Notes: a model not told the origin generated them from the letters alone. DNA of 64,000 bases from Paraspadella gotoi (GCA_051294375.1 JBJCIZ010000358.1:18146-82145), one strand, 5' to 3'. Counted from the stretch's first letter, positions 1 to 13,552 are shown. Numbers and translations are program-made.

Positions 1-1250
1 ATCCTGGGCTCCAGTATCTCAAAGAGCAAGTTAATGCCACAAAAGAGAAAACCGACGCGGTCGAGTCAAACTGAAATCCGCTGAAAACGCAGAAGGAGCT
101 TCAGAGCGATTGCTGGCATCCATTGAATTACTACAGATGCTTCACCCACCGATCTCATAATCGCCCAACCTTCTCGCACGCCCTCACCCTGCTTGACAAA
201 AAAAATTCAACGCTAACGGATAAACACACAAAAATTGCTGCTCAGTCCCTTTATAGAGGAAATAAGGTCATCGCCTGGCTTAAACTTCCTTAATGACGCA
301 AGAATCAAGCAAGGCTCATACAAAATTATGCTGATGCCAGCACAAGACGGCGATGTGGATGGGGTTAAGTCACCGCGACTGCAGAGCTCGAATATCCACT
401 GTCTTTTCACTCAAAAGTTCTTTCGCCTGACGAGTAACAGGATGAAGCATATCCAAGCATCCTGGAGACTCTTCGCATTCAACATGATGGTCCGTAAATT
501 CAAGGGTTACACCTGTGGACGGAGCGTCACTCTAGTCACCGACTCACAGTATTTTTAAGAGGGTGATGGATCTCCAGCACGATAGCCAACAATTACTGCC
601 CCACCAACGGCTCAGGTGGATTTACCGAAATACACAAGAAGGTCAACCTAAGGGAGCATCCTCGTCAAGAGCCGAGGATTTAATCCGGGCAGATTCTTGA
701 CCCCGTTCACGGACCAAGGGCAAGTTCACCGCCCCTGACACACCTTTCTTTCCGGCAGCTTCGATTATCTCGGGAAAAACGAACCTGCTTTGCCGAAAAA
801 TCCGTGTATGACCAACAAAAACCCAGAACATTTGGATCTCATCACGGACACGCCCCAACTCTGGCGCTATTAGCGCAAACGCTGACAGAAGACAACCAAG
901 GCCTTCAGGAGCGAAATTCTTTGTAGTTCGTGCGACAACGATTTGTCCACACAGAAAGGCTAATATTCGAGAATATATGGGGAAAACCAAAACCAAAGAT
1001 CCTGAACACATGGCATCAGGACCATACTCAGCCAAGAACTGATCGCTCGGGCATCCCGAACTGGAAATGCTCAACGAGATGACTGGATCACCTTGGTCAT
1101 GATGGATGAGGACTCAACCAAAGAAACAGGTTGCAAAGTTCGAAAGAATTTACGGATCTCCTACAGACAATCGGGTATTAAAAATCTTTAGAACAATCAC
1201 GGGTGCAAGTCAGCGCTTATCAGAGATGAACGACAAGAAAGATCATTGGC
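1..1250 (+). mobile_element. Decayed Ty3/gypsy LTR-retrotransposon pol (RT thumb, RNase H, probable integrase remnant)
   Basis: Frameshifted motifs: ILGSSISK (cf. YLGHIIS), QKELQS...LNYYRCFT...IIAQP..LTLL.KK (cf. ELRSFLG..NYYRRFI..FA.IA.PLT.LTKK), and RLTSNRMKH...LFAFNMMVRKFKGYTCGRSVTLVTDSQ (RNase H, cf. E.LA...V..F..YL.G..F.L.TDH). Many stops and indels; right boundary approximate. Confidence 0.7.
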
Positions 1251-4200
1251 GACCAATGCATCACTGAAACCATCGCAAACCATCCAAAAGTCGACAAACT
1301 AAGCAGCCAGAACGCAGAGGACGGCCAAAGGCACAAAAAGATGATACTCGACACGTGACACCCTCCCACAGGGACTTCATAAACCTGCAGGTGGGCTCAG
1401 CCAATGAAGAGCCGCCGCCGGACATCAACCCGGCGGAACAGTCCCAGACAGTGAGGCACAGACACCAAATTGGCCTGGGCCCATCAGAGCTGATGGTCGA
1501 TAGCGCCCTCGAAGCGGACGGCGATTGCCACAGAAAGGAAAATTGCAAATAAATCAGAGGGAAGCCCGAGGAAAAACAAACCGGACCTCATCCCGATCGC
1601 TCTGAGATAAAAGCAGAGTGGCATAGATGAGGAAGATCATTCAGAATTAGTCGTCAAAGCTCACAGAGAGCACCGCGAAAAAGCGACGGCAAAAAACTGA
1701 ATATGAAAAGATTGCCAAAAAGAAAAAAACTTTAACCGGAGAATACTGTCTAAACGCCTCGATGATTTTGACATCACCGATAAACGGACATGTCTAATCA
1801 TAAAGGCTTCAAAGCGCGACATCCCCACGAAGCGAAACACGTCTACAAACAAAGGCAGAAGAAGTTAAAACAAAACGGATTCCATGAACGCGTTGGACAC
1901 CCGGCCGAGACCGCAACAAGCATTTCATCACGCCCAGTATATCTCTGCCCCGGGACTCACTGCATCCGCTGCTAAATGCCTTAAAATTGCGATAATGCGC
2001 AAAAAAGCGACAGATGCTCAGACGTCACAACGGAAACACCATCAAGCCCAAACCTCGCCATCCCCCTGGGAATCGCTTAGCATCGGAGTAATGCATCTTC
2101 CCCCAGTCGCTGTCACATTACCATCATGGAGCCTCGGATAAGCAATCGCATACACTGGGCTATCTTCCTCTCTTTTCTCGGTTTTAGAAGATTAGCCCAG
2201 GTGTATGCGGATGCATTATCCAGGCACCAGAATGTAATTTGCCACGGACTGGGGAAGATGGCATTAACACCGATGCTAAGCATTCCCTGGCCAAGCCGAG
2301 GTTGGCCTTGATGTGTTCGTTGACCGTTGAGGGTGGCCGCTGGGGGGTAGGGGACCCGAGTGAGTTGATAGTATTTGAAGTCCGTTTACATAATGTACTT
2401 TCAAAGTCACGTTTATTCTGCGGTCAAGAGCCTGTTCTTACTCTTGTGTGTAAAGGATGGAGATGCTAGATCAACTTCCTGGTGATCTGACCCCCTGACT
2501 TAGCCACGTTGAATCACTTAGTCCTATGATAACCACTCTCGTCTTCGTTTGATTCATGGATTGAGGTTTCGACCTTTGTTTGAACCCGACTGAGGTGCTA
2601 TGCTGAAGAACTTTAACTTTTCTCCAAAATGCTTCAAAAACTTTTCTGGATATTCCAACTTTAAGTTTCTTCGTTGCCGTTTCTGTTGGTTCCCTGTGTA
2701 CTTACATTGTGAGTCTACGCTTTTTTCAACCCTGCCTCCTCCGTTAATTTTACGTTTAAGGGAACCCTCCCCCTCAACTGGCCAATAAAACCCCCCCCCC
2801 TCCCTTCAATCCTCTTTTTTATCTATTCTTGGAAAAGCCTGATCTTATTTACAAATGCGTTCCCAAATGGACCGTCTGCTCCCACTATTTTGATAGAACC
2901 CAAATTCTAATCCAATCATGATTGAAAAGAGTGGATCAATCTGTTTAGAATTGCTGGTGTCTTGCAATAACCACTCCAACAACCGGAAAAACCATCTCAG
3001 TTTTAATAACCTTCTGCGTCTTAAAGGATCGGCCAGCCAGACATAATATACAAGCAAAAGTATAAAGGAAATATCCTGAGCCTAAAAATTAAGTTATGGC
3101 TGTTTGATTGATCCTCAGGTACAGTACACTTTGCAAAGAAGAAAAGATCATAAAATGGGATGGTGAAGAATTATTCCCTATGCTCTAGCTTGTCCCGTGT
3201 CTGTCCATTACCTTGTTGAATAAACATGATGAAAATTTCAAATGAAGAACGAAAAAGCCGATATTTTTCTTACTTTCGGCTGCTTTGGAAAAGCCTTTAC
3301 CGCAACGCGATTGATCTTGTTGGACTGAAGCGCGAACGAAGGCATGGCGAAACAAGTTGCCGCAATTTCCACATGACTCAAGTAGAAAGATTGATTTTGA
3401 CAAAAAATGGCAAAAAGGATTCAAAATCGGTGGCTTTCATGGCGCTGCGATGGAGCGATGATTCGTATACGGATGCTTAGAGAATGCCGTTAGTGAGTTA
3501 ACTGTTCAGTTTTGAAAATTTTACTCCGAATTTCAAGGCATGAACGTGATTGGTATAGTTACTGTAATGACCAGCGTTATGATAGTCCTTACCGTTCTCA
3601 TGATAGGCGCAGTTTCGGCGATAGAGGTAATTACCGAGACGATTCCAAGAAGAGATGATCGCTACCGAATCATCCAGCACGGATGATGAGGAGAGTGATT
3701 TTAGTGGGGCAGTTAGAGGTCCTTCCTGCTAATCGCGAACAAGCGTATGATCGCATAAAGGCTGCAATAGCTCGTCTTTCATCGGCGGAGATCTGACAAT
3801 CCCCAAAACTAAATGGTCTTTGCCAGGGTGCATGCGAGGTCACAAGGGTAGCATTCCCCGAATTTAAAATTTAAAACCTAAGTCGAAAGGCGAGTTTTCA
3901 TACGATAGTGGGTAATAAGAAGTTAGTGTTTTATAGTTGAAACTAAATTTTTTTGGCGATGCACTCCGTTCATTAAAATAAATTTAAGCCCCTCTCATTC
4001 ATTGGTACAAGCAATTTAATGGAACTCAGGTGTAACTATAGGTATTTTAAATATTAAATTCGCATTATCAATTGTAAGGGTAGTCAACCTTTACTGGATT
4101 TCTCGTTTTCTTTGTAAATAATAAACCGTTTTTAACCCCAGTGAAAGGATAACTAAAGTTTTTAGGAGTTTCCTTTCTACATCCTTGATTGAATATTCCC

Positions 4201-7200
4201 ATAAATTATTTGGTTACTTCTATTGTATCCCTTGAAGAATGATAGTGTCCCTTCCAAGTTCGAAGATCATTTGATGTTGAGCTATGCTGATGGAGATCAA
4301 CTCGAAAAGCTCAACCTCTAATACAGTTATGAACAGATCCATTTCTCAGCGAAATTATGAAACTCAAGTGAACAATAGGTCACAAGTCCAAGCTGTTATG
4401 TCTAGGCTACACTGAAACATTCACAATGAGTCATTGCGTTTTTGTCATTGGAGATGGACAAGTTTCTGTTCACTTGTGAATACGATGCAGTATGAGACGG
4501 ACCGTTCCGGCAGTTGGTCGTTCGATGTCGGGGATTATTGATTCTCAAAAGACCCCTGTAACCCTCTACATCTGAACGCTTTTCATAGTCCTGAAACCTG
4601 GATACAATCACAGGGGTCTGGAGCGTCCTCATTCCCAGTTGTGATAGCAGGTCCTCAGCATGTGCGGCGAGTTGGCTGTCGGACCCCTTTTTGGTGCGTC
4701 CAGCTCCATTGAAGTGGAATCTGAATCGGGATCTGAAGAGAATTATAAAATTCCTCTTCAGAAAAGATGTCCGTAATTCTCCAGTGATGTTACAGAGAGG
4801 TTACAGACCAGCTATGTATATTATTAGCTAAAAGCTAGTTGCCTTGATATAATATGCCTGTTGTCTAGTTCTTACAGTAAATAACATTTTACACTGATAC
4901 ATCTTTTATTATTTATACTCTTTATCCATAATACAAAATACCCCCCAGTGAAAATGGATTGATTTCTAGATTTTATGGCACATTTTTATTTTTTTTACTT
5001 TCTTTAACACATAAATCTTTTCTGAGTCATACATTGTTCAGTTTTTTCTTAGAGCAGTCAATAGTTATATATTGAGTGAAGATTGGAACGTTTACTTGAA
5101 TGAATAAATTGTACTTGCTAGCACTATCATTTGTTAAGACTCTTCTGTATAGTCGACGTGCAAGCTAAGTTGAAATCATAATCCTTCTTTTATTAGCTCA
5201 TTTGGGTGTAAACCATTCTCAATGTTCATCTTAGAATTTATTATTCAATATTATTTGAGGAAGCAAAAAAAAAAAAAAAAAAAAACAAAATAGTTAAACA
5301 GATGTGCATCTTTTAAATTTGATGTAATCTGCTGTTATATAAGCATTTCGTTTGATGATCAATTAAATGGCTATTCCCCATCTGCCTCCTCTGCTGTGAA
5401 GCACGGATCAGTCATAGGAACTCGATACGAGAAATGGAGTTCGCATCATCGTTGTCGACTCGATCTGCATGGTGTCGTCGTTCAAAAGAGAAATGAAATC
5501 GATAAAGACGCTATGAAAATATGAGTACGAGCCTAAGCGACGCAAATTTCGTTTGGAAACAATTCATTGGGAAGTGTCCAGAAGGACGTTGATCCATCGC
5601 TAAATTTCTCAGAGTTCCGTTTGCGGTTGCAAAAAGATCAAATACATCACATCGTATGGTTTGTTATTTAACCACTCTAGAGCCCCTCCCGTTTGTTGAT
5701 TTGGTTTCCTTGATGTCCTTTTTCGGGCGTGTTTTTTTTTTTTAGCGTCTGGGATCCCCTTCCTCAAATACTCCATCATTTCGTCAAACCAAAACTACAT
5801 TTCTCGATAAAATATTTCCATCGTAATCATCTGCGGATTCGATGAGAACAAATCCTTGTTAAGCCTCCTCAAATCTTGCCTATAGCAGCGCGGATGCACT
5901 CGTCAGTTTGCAGACGGCGCTATGCTTTTGGAACCATCGGTTTGCGCTTGCACTGTCACAAGCCATTTCTAATCAAACCAAAACTATTTTCCTTTCTCTA
6001 AAACTCTATTGTTCACGCTATGACCACCGCCATTCGCGATCAGAGAGAGCAAATGATTGGCGACTAAAGAAAAATTGTGACGCCAGAACTAACGTCAATA
6101 CAACTTATTTCAGAACGCCCCAGCCCCCCCCCAAACTACCCTCCTCCTGCTCTCTCTGCCCCAATCTCCACCTGTCCCAGTCCCACCTCTTTCCTCATGT
6201 CGATATCCACCCCCCCCCTATTCTCGTGAAACTTCCTTGAGCAGCTCCAGCTCCTTGCTCTACTTCAAACGACAAAGATCACTTTAAAAAAAACATTTGC
6301 GTGCAATTGTGTCAATTTTGAAACAGAAAAAATGGTAAGCGTAATCACGCTACGGCAAGATTTTCATATCAAATTCTCACACGCCAAACAATCGCAACGA
6401 TTTTGTTTGTTTTCATTTTCTTCGATGTGGCTTTCGACGTGGTCCCTTCATGCGTGTGCCAAGCTTTCAGTTTTTCTGGTTTCCCACCTTATCTTTGGGA
6501 CTTTTGCGTCAACCAACTTGGACGCGATGCGCAACTTTATCGCGGTAGACTATCCTTCCCTTCACCTCGTCTCTTTGATTAAAGCTTGTGTGAAAGTAGG
6601 TATGCACACTAGCAATCTTTGAGCCCACAATGTAAATCCCCCTTTAATGTCCACCTCCACAGTCTCGTCCAGACTGCGGAGAGGCACCATCATAAGTGAG
6701 AGGATAACACTTTTCGCATTCTCAGCGCTTTCTCATTCCCTCTAAAGAAATTGACGCAAAGAAACTAATTTCTCACATTTCGTGCTCAACGGCGCATCTT
6801 CCATATTCTCCAGTCTTTCATCACGAGTATCATGACCCAAATATATTCACAAAATTAAGCATAAACTCTGCTATTCACGTGTTCAAAGTAAATGATCCAA
6901 AGTTCTTCGATTGTCAACTTCACTAGTCTCCTTACAATGTTTCCGACGCCGCGGACACATGGCATATCTTGCAGCCTTGTTCCGACGGTCGATTCAATTG
7001 GCGGAAATTTGTTACCAAGGAAAATTCGCCATCGTCCCTCCACTTCAGCGGGAAAGTCGTTCCTTCGGCTGCAAACGCTCCGTCAATCGGCGATATTTGT
7101 ATCGCTCGTGCAGGGGAGATTTGTGCGACAGGTGGTTTTTAATCGTTCCACGCTATTGAAGAAGAAAAAGAGATGCGAAGACTCCTCTGAAAGGTCCCTA

Positions 7201-7962
7201 ATTCTAAAAACGACACTTAGCGGGACCTCAGATTTATAAAGGGGAAGTATCTGTTGGACATTAAACTCTCGTCGTGGTCCGTCGACTTATTTACCTTTCT
7301 GTAAAAGTCTTAAAAATCATAAACAATCGATATTTAATTTATAAACAATTACAGTTCATTGTGTATTTCGAAGCTTTGATTATCAGATGATCTATTTCAT
7401 ACAATCGCATTAATGTTAGTGGCCATCGTCGGGGTTTTTATATATATATGGGTATTGGTATGCGTTTCATGTATTGAATAGTGGCCTAGGCGAGCTTACC
7501 CTGAGAGAATTCATTTGCTGTTTCTTATCTTAACCAGCTTTCACCTTTGCTTACCCAGTTACTTGATTTCTAACGGACTCATTAATCCACGATATAGATA
7601 CTCTCAAAGAAGGGAGCGATCCCAACGGAAAAACCCCGCTCATCACACATTCAATGATGTTTAAAGAAAAACTAACTTCATATCAAAAATCTTTTCGGAC
7701 ATACGAGTGCGCCTATGAAAAATATGAGGGAACCGAAAANNNNNNNNNNNNNNNNNNNNNNNNNACGACCTTAAAAAGAGAGGCAAGGCGTGACATCTTT
7801 ATCACTCCCCTGGTCAATAAATCATAAAAGGTATTGACTAAATTAAAGATGTATAGCGCTGAAAGCATGAATATAAATTAAAATTAATTTTGTGGCGATC
7901 AAAATGAGAGGTAATAATATTTCATATTTCGGCTAATCATGAGTAAAAATAAAGATCACAAT

Positions 7963-8640
7963 TCAATCATCACTCGCTCTCAAGAGGATGAAATGGACAA
8001 GTATAAGTTGTGTGTTGGTCATACGTTCCACAATAGATGCAAACAAGTCTCTCGGTAGTAGGATTTTTAGGCGGAGCATTAGGAACCCTTGTAATCGGCG
8101 TCGAGGTGAAATCAATTTTGGAAACTGCTGGAGACATAGTTTTTGATTGACAGAAGGCGACGATGACGACGTTGACGACGCATCTGCCTTAGTCTCAAAT
8201 GGTTTTGGGATTTCTGCCGACAAAGAGGAATTAGCGCACTTATCTTTTGGTTGCATCCATTATTGGCTTGAAGTCGTTGTTTGCCTTGGCTTTTCCTTGG
8301 CCTCCGTAAAGGCATCATGAAGCGTAGTATGGTGTAGGCCTTTTGCGACACAACGACGCTCAGAATTGCGCGTCATGTCCCGCTCGCAAACAGCGGAAGC
8401 ACCTTTTATGTTCTTCTACAAAATTTTTTTGAGTGATGGGAAACGCACTCCGGTAATCGATATACATATAGAGAATGGATGATTCTGCTCGCATATGAGA
8501 CATTTTACAATTTGAATTTGTTGAGTTCACGAATGGCGATTTTGGTACCGATGCAGTCACCGGTGGAATGGTTGAAGTGGTTGCCGACATCGTTGCCGGC
8601 GGAGTTGCCAACGCAGTCGCCGACGAAGAAAAAGGAAGTC
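7963..8640 (-). mobile_element. BEL/Pao-type gag fragment with zinc knuckles (pseudogenised)
   Basis: Minus-strand translation across frameshifts gives KCLICEQNHPFSIC, NFVEEHKRCFRCLRAGHDAQF and C...GLHHTTLHD, the triple Cys/His array typical of BEL/Pao gag. A further CIYCGTYDQHTTYTC knuckle follows downstream. Confidence 0.7.
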
Positions 8641-8689
8641 GCCGTCGCGGTGATTTTCGATTTTTGAATTTTTTAAACTTGCATAATTT

Positions 8690-8855
8690 TTTCAACTTGC
8701 ATAATTATGAAAGTTGACCAAATTATGCTAGTTGACCAAATTATGCCAGTTCATCAAATTATGCCAGTTCATCAAATTATGCCAGTTGACCATATTATGC
8801 CTGTTGACCAAACTATGCCATTTGACCAAATTATGCCATTTGACCAAATTATGCG
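8690..8855 (+). repeat. 18-bp minisatellite (GTTGACCAAATTATGCCA)n, a variant of the HINE internal repeat
   Basis: About 8 tandem units visible; related to the GTTGAAAAAATGATGCAA arrays elsewhere in the window. Confidence 0.9.
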
Positions 8856-9011
8856 CACCTACTGGTAATGATTGATAGATCATTTGATTTATAGATTTTT
8901 ACATAGATTTATTAAGAAGTCTGTTATGATTTGTTATGTTACAATTTGTTATGAACTGTTAAGATAAAAAATTGAAAGTAAAAAAAATTACCATGATTTA
9001 TCATCGGATAA

Positions 9012-9039
9012 GTGGGTTCGAATCCCACCGCTGCCACCA
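9012..9039 (+). other. 3' 28 nt of tRNA-Leu including CCA (extended primer-binding site of a minus-strand LTR element)
   Basis: GTGGGTTCGAATCCCACCGCTGCCACCA = T-arm + acceptor strand + CCA. The minus strand reads TGGTGGCAGCGGTGGG directly after an LTR-like segment. Confidence 0.8.
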
Positions 9040-9350
9040 CAACGAAGGAAGTAGGCGTAGTTTATTAATGGGAGAAATAGGAGGAGTTTTATTGGCATAA
9101 GAACACGTTGGGATGATGATAATTAATATACAAAATATGTAGATTATGCAGAGAAAAGGCAGGCAATAAACAATATAACAAATAGTCCATAAGGAGTTTG
9201 ATGTTTGTTTCTTGAAGGTAAGTTGAAGCGTGATCAAGTTCCCTCTCCCGTTTCTCTGCCATCAGTTTCCTGAGTGAAGCCTCCTCTCTGATTGGTCAAT
9301 CAGAAGAAAAGACGGAGAAGCCAAGAGAGACAAGCCACTTGATAATCCAT
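9040..9350 (-). mobile_element. LTR-like segment upstream of the PBS
   Basis: Minus strand has a CCAAT box and two AATAAA signals, then abuts the tRNA-Leu PBS. A canonical terminal CA is not evident. Confidence 0.5.
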
Positions 9351-9360
9351 TCTCTGCATT

Positions 9361-9402
9361 GTTATCGTAGGCAGATCCGACATTGTTTGCCTCAAACTTG
9401 TT
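9361..9402 (+). mobile_element. HINE/DINE-like element 3' end
   Basis: TTATCGTAGGCAGATCCGACATTGTTTGC(C)TCAAACTTGTT: subterminal IR GCAGATCCGAC plus a short GTTTG/CAAAC hairpin. The same motif ends at 19676, 31107, 39778 and 41666. Confidence 0.75.
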
Positions 9403-9424
9403 CTTCTTTTCACTTGTCCTAACT

Positions 9425-9925
9425 TTTTTAGTCGGATCTGCTTATCAGCAGATCCCGACTATATAATTCACTTTGTTGGTCCGTCTGTCCGACCCCTCAA
9501 TCTTGTCGGTCATAGAATTAAATCATGTCAGAACATCGAATTATGAAAAATTAATGCAAAATGTCTGTCTGTCCGTCCATCCACCTTAGCAAAAAACTCC
9601 AATTACTCTTGATTGGATGGATGGATTGTAATGAAATTTTTGTGTGTAGTTAGTAAAGTGTGTGATTGTGCTGGATATAAAGTTATGATGGAATGAGGAG
9701 TGGAAATTAGTTTGCATGAAAAAAACAAAGTCAAGCTGACTTGAAATTTTTATTATTTAGGCTTCCTCATAAATTTTTGAATTAATTAAATGAAGTGAAA
9801 AAATGATGCAATTTGAAAAAATGATGCTAGTTAAAAAACTGATGCTCGTTGAAAAAACAATGAAGGTAAAATAATGATGCAAGTGGAAAAAATGATACAA
9901 GTTGAAAAAATAATAATTGTTAAAA
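9425..9925 (+). mobile_element. HINE/DINE-like (Helentron-associated) non-autonomous element, 5' part
   Basis: T-run, 5' palindrome AGTCGGATCTGCT-TATC-AGCAGATCCCGACT, GTCY microsatellite, conserved core, then the 18-19 bp minisatellite. This is the architecture of Drosophila DINE-1 and other HINEs. Confidence 0.75.
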
Positions 9926-10559
9926 AATTATTTGTTTGTACCATAGTAACAGTTCAGTTTAATCCCTTGCAAGCGATTTACATGAATTGGCGCTGCCACT
10001 ACTTTGGTATGTTACGATCTGTTATGTCAAAGGAAAATAGATTTTAAAACATAACAAATACTCTGTGAGAATTGTCGCTTATTCTCAAGTGGACAATTGT
10101 CTGATGTTTCGCTTGTAACAAATTGTCTCAACGTCACTCACCAAAGAAAAGTTGTATATGACACAATGAAAAATGGCGTAACGTTACTGTTCCGTGCATA
10201 AAAAAAATTCACTGTTCAATATTATTATATTTCTTTTTATTTTTTGAAACGTTATAGTTTCATATGTTGATATCCAAAATATCAATACAAAATCTTTTTT
10301 TGTTTTTTAGATATGACTGAATAAAGGGTGAAAGATGATAAATTTTTTTAAAAAGTCACTTATTCATATTTATTCCTAGAATTGGGATCTTCACTTGTTT
10401 TGCAGACAGTGGTATTGTTGGGTTTCAGAACTGTTGTTTGGAGGTTTTTTCAGGTACTTTTCGTGTTTTTTTTGTTTTATTCTTTTTTAACTAACATAAA
10501 TTCGAGCGAGAGTGAATGTTTTTTTCTCTATAGAAGCTAAGCATAATTATATTTGTTGG

Positions 10560-10810
10560 TTTTGTGTTTGGTTTTTTTTATTTTTTTTTTTTTTTTTTTT
10601 TTTTTTCTTTTTTTGGTTTTTTTTTTTTATTGTGTGCTCAAGGAATGGGAGCTTAGATTGGAGGAGGACTGAGGCTATCGACCGGAAGGTTGTTGTTTGA
10701 AGGGTGGTGATAGGGGAACATTTCGGTCGGTGAGGAAGAGCAAAGGACATGTCGATGTCAGAAAGGGGGGAGGTGAAGGCCGGGATCCAGAGAAACAGAG
10801 CGATACGGGT
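10560..10810 (-). mobile_element. Poly(A)-tailed retroposed 3' fragment (LINE-like or retrocopy)
   Basis: On the minus strand a GC-richer ~180 bp segment ends CACAATAAA followed by a long interrupted A tract (T-run about 10575-10630 on +). Confidence 0.4.
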
Positions 10811-12146
10811 TATGAAAAAAATATAAAAAATAATATTACCAAATAGTTAGTAATATGTCTCAAATAGATGGAAAAAAACCTCATTTAAAATTCGATCGGG
10901 AAGTGGGGTAACTAAGGCTTACCAATGGCATCCTCAACGTCGATTGTTCTCAAATAATTATTTTTTATTTAATACATTTGAAAGGGAAAAAAAGAAATAT
11001 TCAGAATGCAGGTTGTAAAAAGGGTACAGATAATCTGGACTTACTGACATGATAACCATGACCTTTTATATCTTGTGAAATGAGGGCAGTAAAGATATCT
11101 AAAAATTTGATCATTAAGTCAGTCAATGAACCCTTTCCAATAGGCTATTACGAGAAATTTTTTTTTTTTAATTAAAATGGATGATAAATAATAGAATTAA
11201 ATTCTTTGCTATATTTAAAAAAAAATTATCAATACAATTTAACACAATGATGTCTTGCTTTGTCAAATATATTGCCAGCTATATAAATTTTTTAAAACTT
11301 TATTATGATAAACAAGCAGTGTGTCATGCCGATTTTTTTTTCAACGACAAGAAGGTAGATGTCCAGACTGTTTATATCAAGCTGAAAACATTTTTGTATT
11401 TATCATTTTTGATATTTAAAAAATACATTTTATCAAGCTACAACATAAATTTTTGCTTGTTTTTTACTTTAACTTAAAAATATAAGCAGTTTTATGGAAT
11501 AAAGAAAATTTAATAATAATCAAAATGTAATTCAGTCTTACCTTTTTAAAATTACAAAAGAAAAGTAAAAAATTTTCATATGCCTTCATTGATATTTTTA
11601 AAGCAAAAAACTGTTATACTTTAACTCTGATTTAAACAAAAAAACTGTGTAAAGATTTTATGGAATTAATTTATAAAACTTTTTTTAGAAAGGTGTCCAT
11701 AATTAGGGCTTTAATTTGATACCACACCCATCTTGCTACCTCTTTTCTTTCAAAAGTTATTTAAAAAAAAATAACTTTTTTCAAAACTACGCAGTACAAA
11801 TCTTTGTTAAATAAAAATTTCGGCAAAGCGGGAGTATCTCACTTATTTCTATTGATATTATAACTTAAATTTTAAAATAAAACTTGAAGAAAATTTTTTG
11901 TCATTTAGAGACATATCACTTTCAGATATACCCATCGTATAAAATTGATTATTTATTTCCCCAAAAAGCTATTAAAAAAGTTGAAATTTTTTTCAAATTG
12001 TGGAAAAAAAATTTCCTCCGACTTATCTCATTGAGAATAATGGTTTGCATATAAAATTAAAAATTCAAAAAATAAAAAAATCAGCCTCTAGAAAAATCGA
12101 AAGGCTAGAATTGCAAAATTTTTTTCCTAACTCGAAATCCATTATT

Positions 12147-13552
12147 TAGACGAGAATCTTGCTTAAAAAAAAATTCAACATTTTTCTAATAGAGATTTCC
12201 GTTAAATCTGACTACTCGAAATTGCAAACGAGATTTCAGAAATTCGGGTAAAAAACAGTTTAAAAACACACGATTCCGATAGCGTTATATCTTAAGAGCT
12301 AGCCAAATTCGTCTTTGCCATTTGATAGGATTTAATATCAAACAAGCCAGGGGAAATGCACTAGTCATCTCGGTGAATTTTCAAACCTTGTTTTTAACTA
12401 TAGAAATGAAAGGGAAATTTGCTTTTAAAAAATTGTAAACGGGGCTAGGGTATGTAACATTATAAATATTACTTCGAATTTTGAGATTTAGAAAGACCTC
12501 TTGTCTCAAGAGCTTGCCAATTTTTCTTTTCATTATTGACCAAACTCTTCATAGTAAACCAACGTTGTAAAGTCCATTGGTCTGGTTTGACAACATGAAA
12601 TTTTTATTATAATAAGAAATTAAAAGGAAGGTTGAGAGAAAAAACTGATTTTTCCTGATATCTCTTGAAGGAACAAAGATACAGGGATGGCAATAGTACC
12701 AAAATGAAGCCATAATCATTGCAAGGATTACAAGTTTACAATATTTAGAATTATTTTTTGCATGAAACCTCTTTACAGGGTGAGTGTCAAACTAAGTCAA
12801 AATTATAATGAATTTTAAAAACTAATGAAACCCATGAAAATAAATGAAAATTAAATTCTTTTTAGTGATTCTGAAAGAAAAAAGGCTAAATTGTACTATA
12901 GTAACTATTAAAGTTTTTTGGATAAAGAAAATATAATTTTTTTTCACTGATATTACAAGCATGCTTACAAAATTCCCTTACAGAATCCTCAGTTACTCCT
13001 TCACTCCCATACTACAACCAGCTCCGTAACTATTATATTCTTTTCTCGTTGTGAAAAGATAAGAATGTCTGTTGAAGCCTGTGCAGAGTTAAAATATCTT
13101 AAAGATTCGCCTATGTTTATAATTTTACAATTGGTGAAATAACATTGACATTAAAGTGAATAGGTTGACGGTCTTCCAGCTTCCATTGTCAGTAAACATC
13201 CCTGTTCTCTAACATAACATAACGTTCAACTACTTCACTTTAATGTCATTTTTCAATAATAAAATAGGCGAATCTTTTAATTATTTAACTCTCACAGGCT
13301 TCACAAGACATTTTACTTTCATAATATCCCAATGTTAATGTAATTCATTATATTTTTTTACCCAGAAATCATAAAATAACAGAAAGTTATGGATTCCCTT
13401 CGCTCGTTTAAGAAAAAAAAATTAACTAGCGGAATTATAAGTTTGTAAGAGGAAGTCAGAATCGGCGAAAATCTTAAAAGGCGAGAATGTTGAAAAAAAG
13501 GGGTGGAATTTTGATGGGTTTCCTAAGATTTCTCCACAATAGCGGCTTCCTA
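12147..13552 (-). mobile_element. Non-autonomous DNA transposon family A (TAG...CTA ends, 7-bp TSD CATTATT; hATw-like)
   Basis: cattatt|TAGACGAG...GCGGCTTCCTA|cattatt; homologous to 32609-33885 in reverse orientation. Confidence 0.8.
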
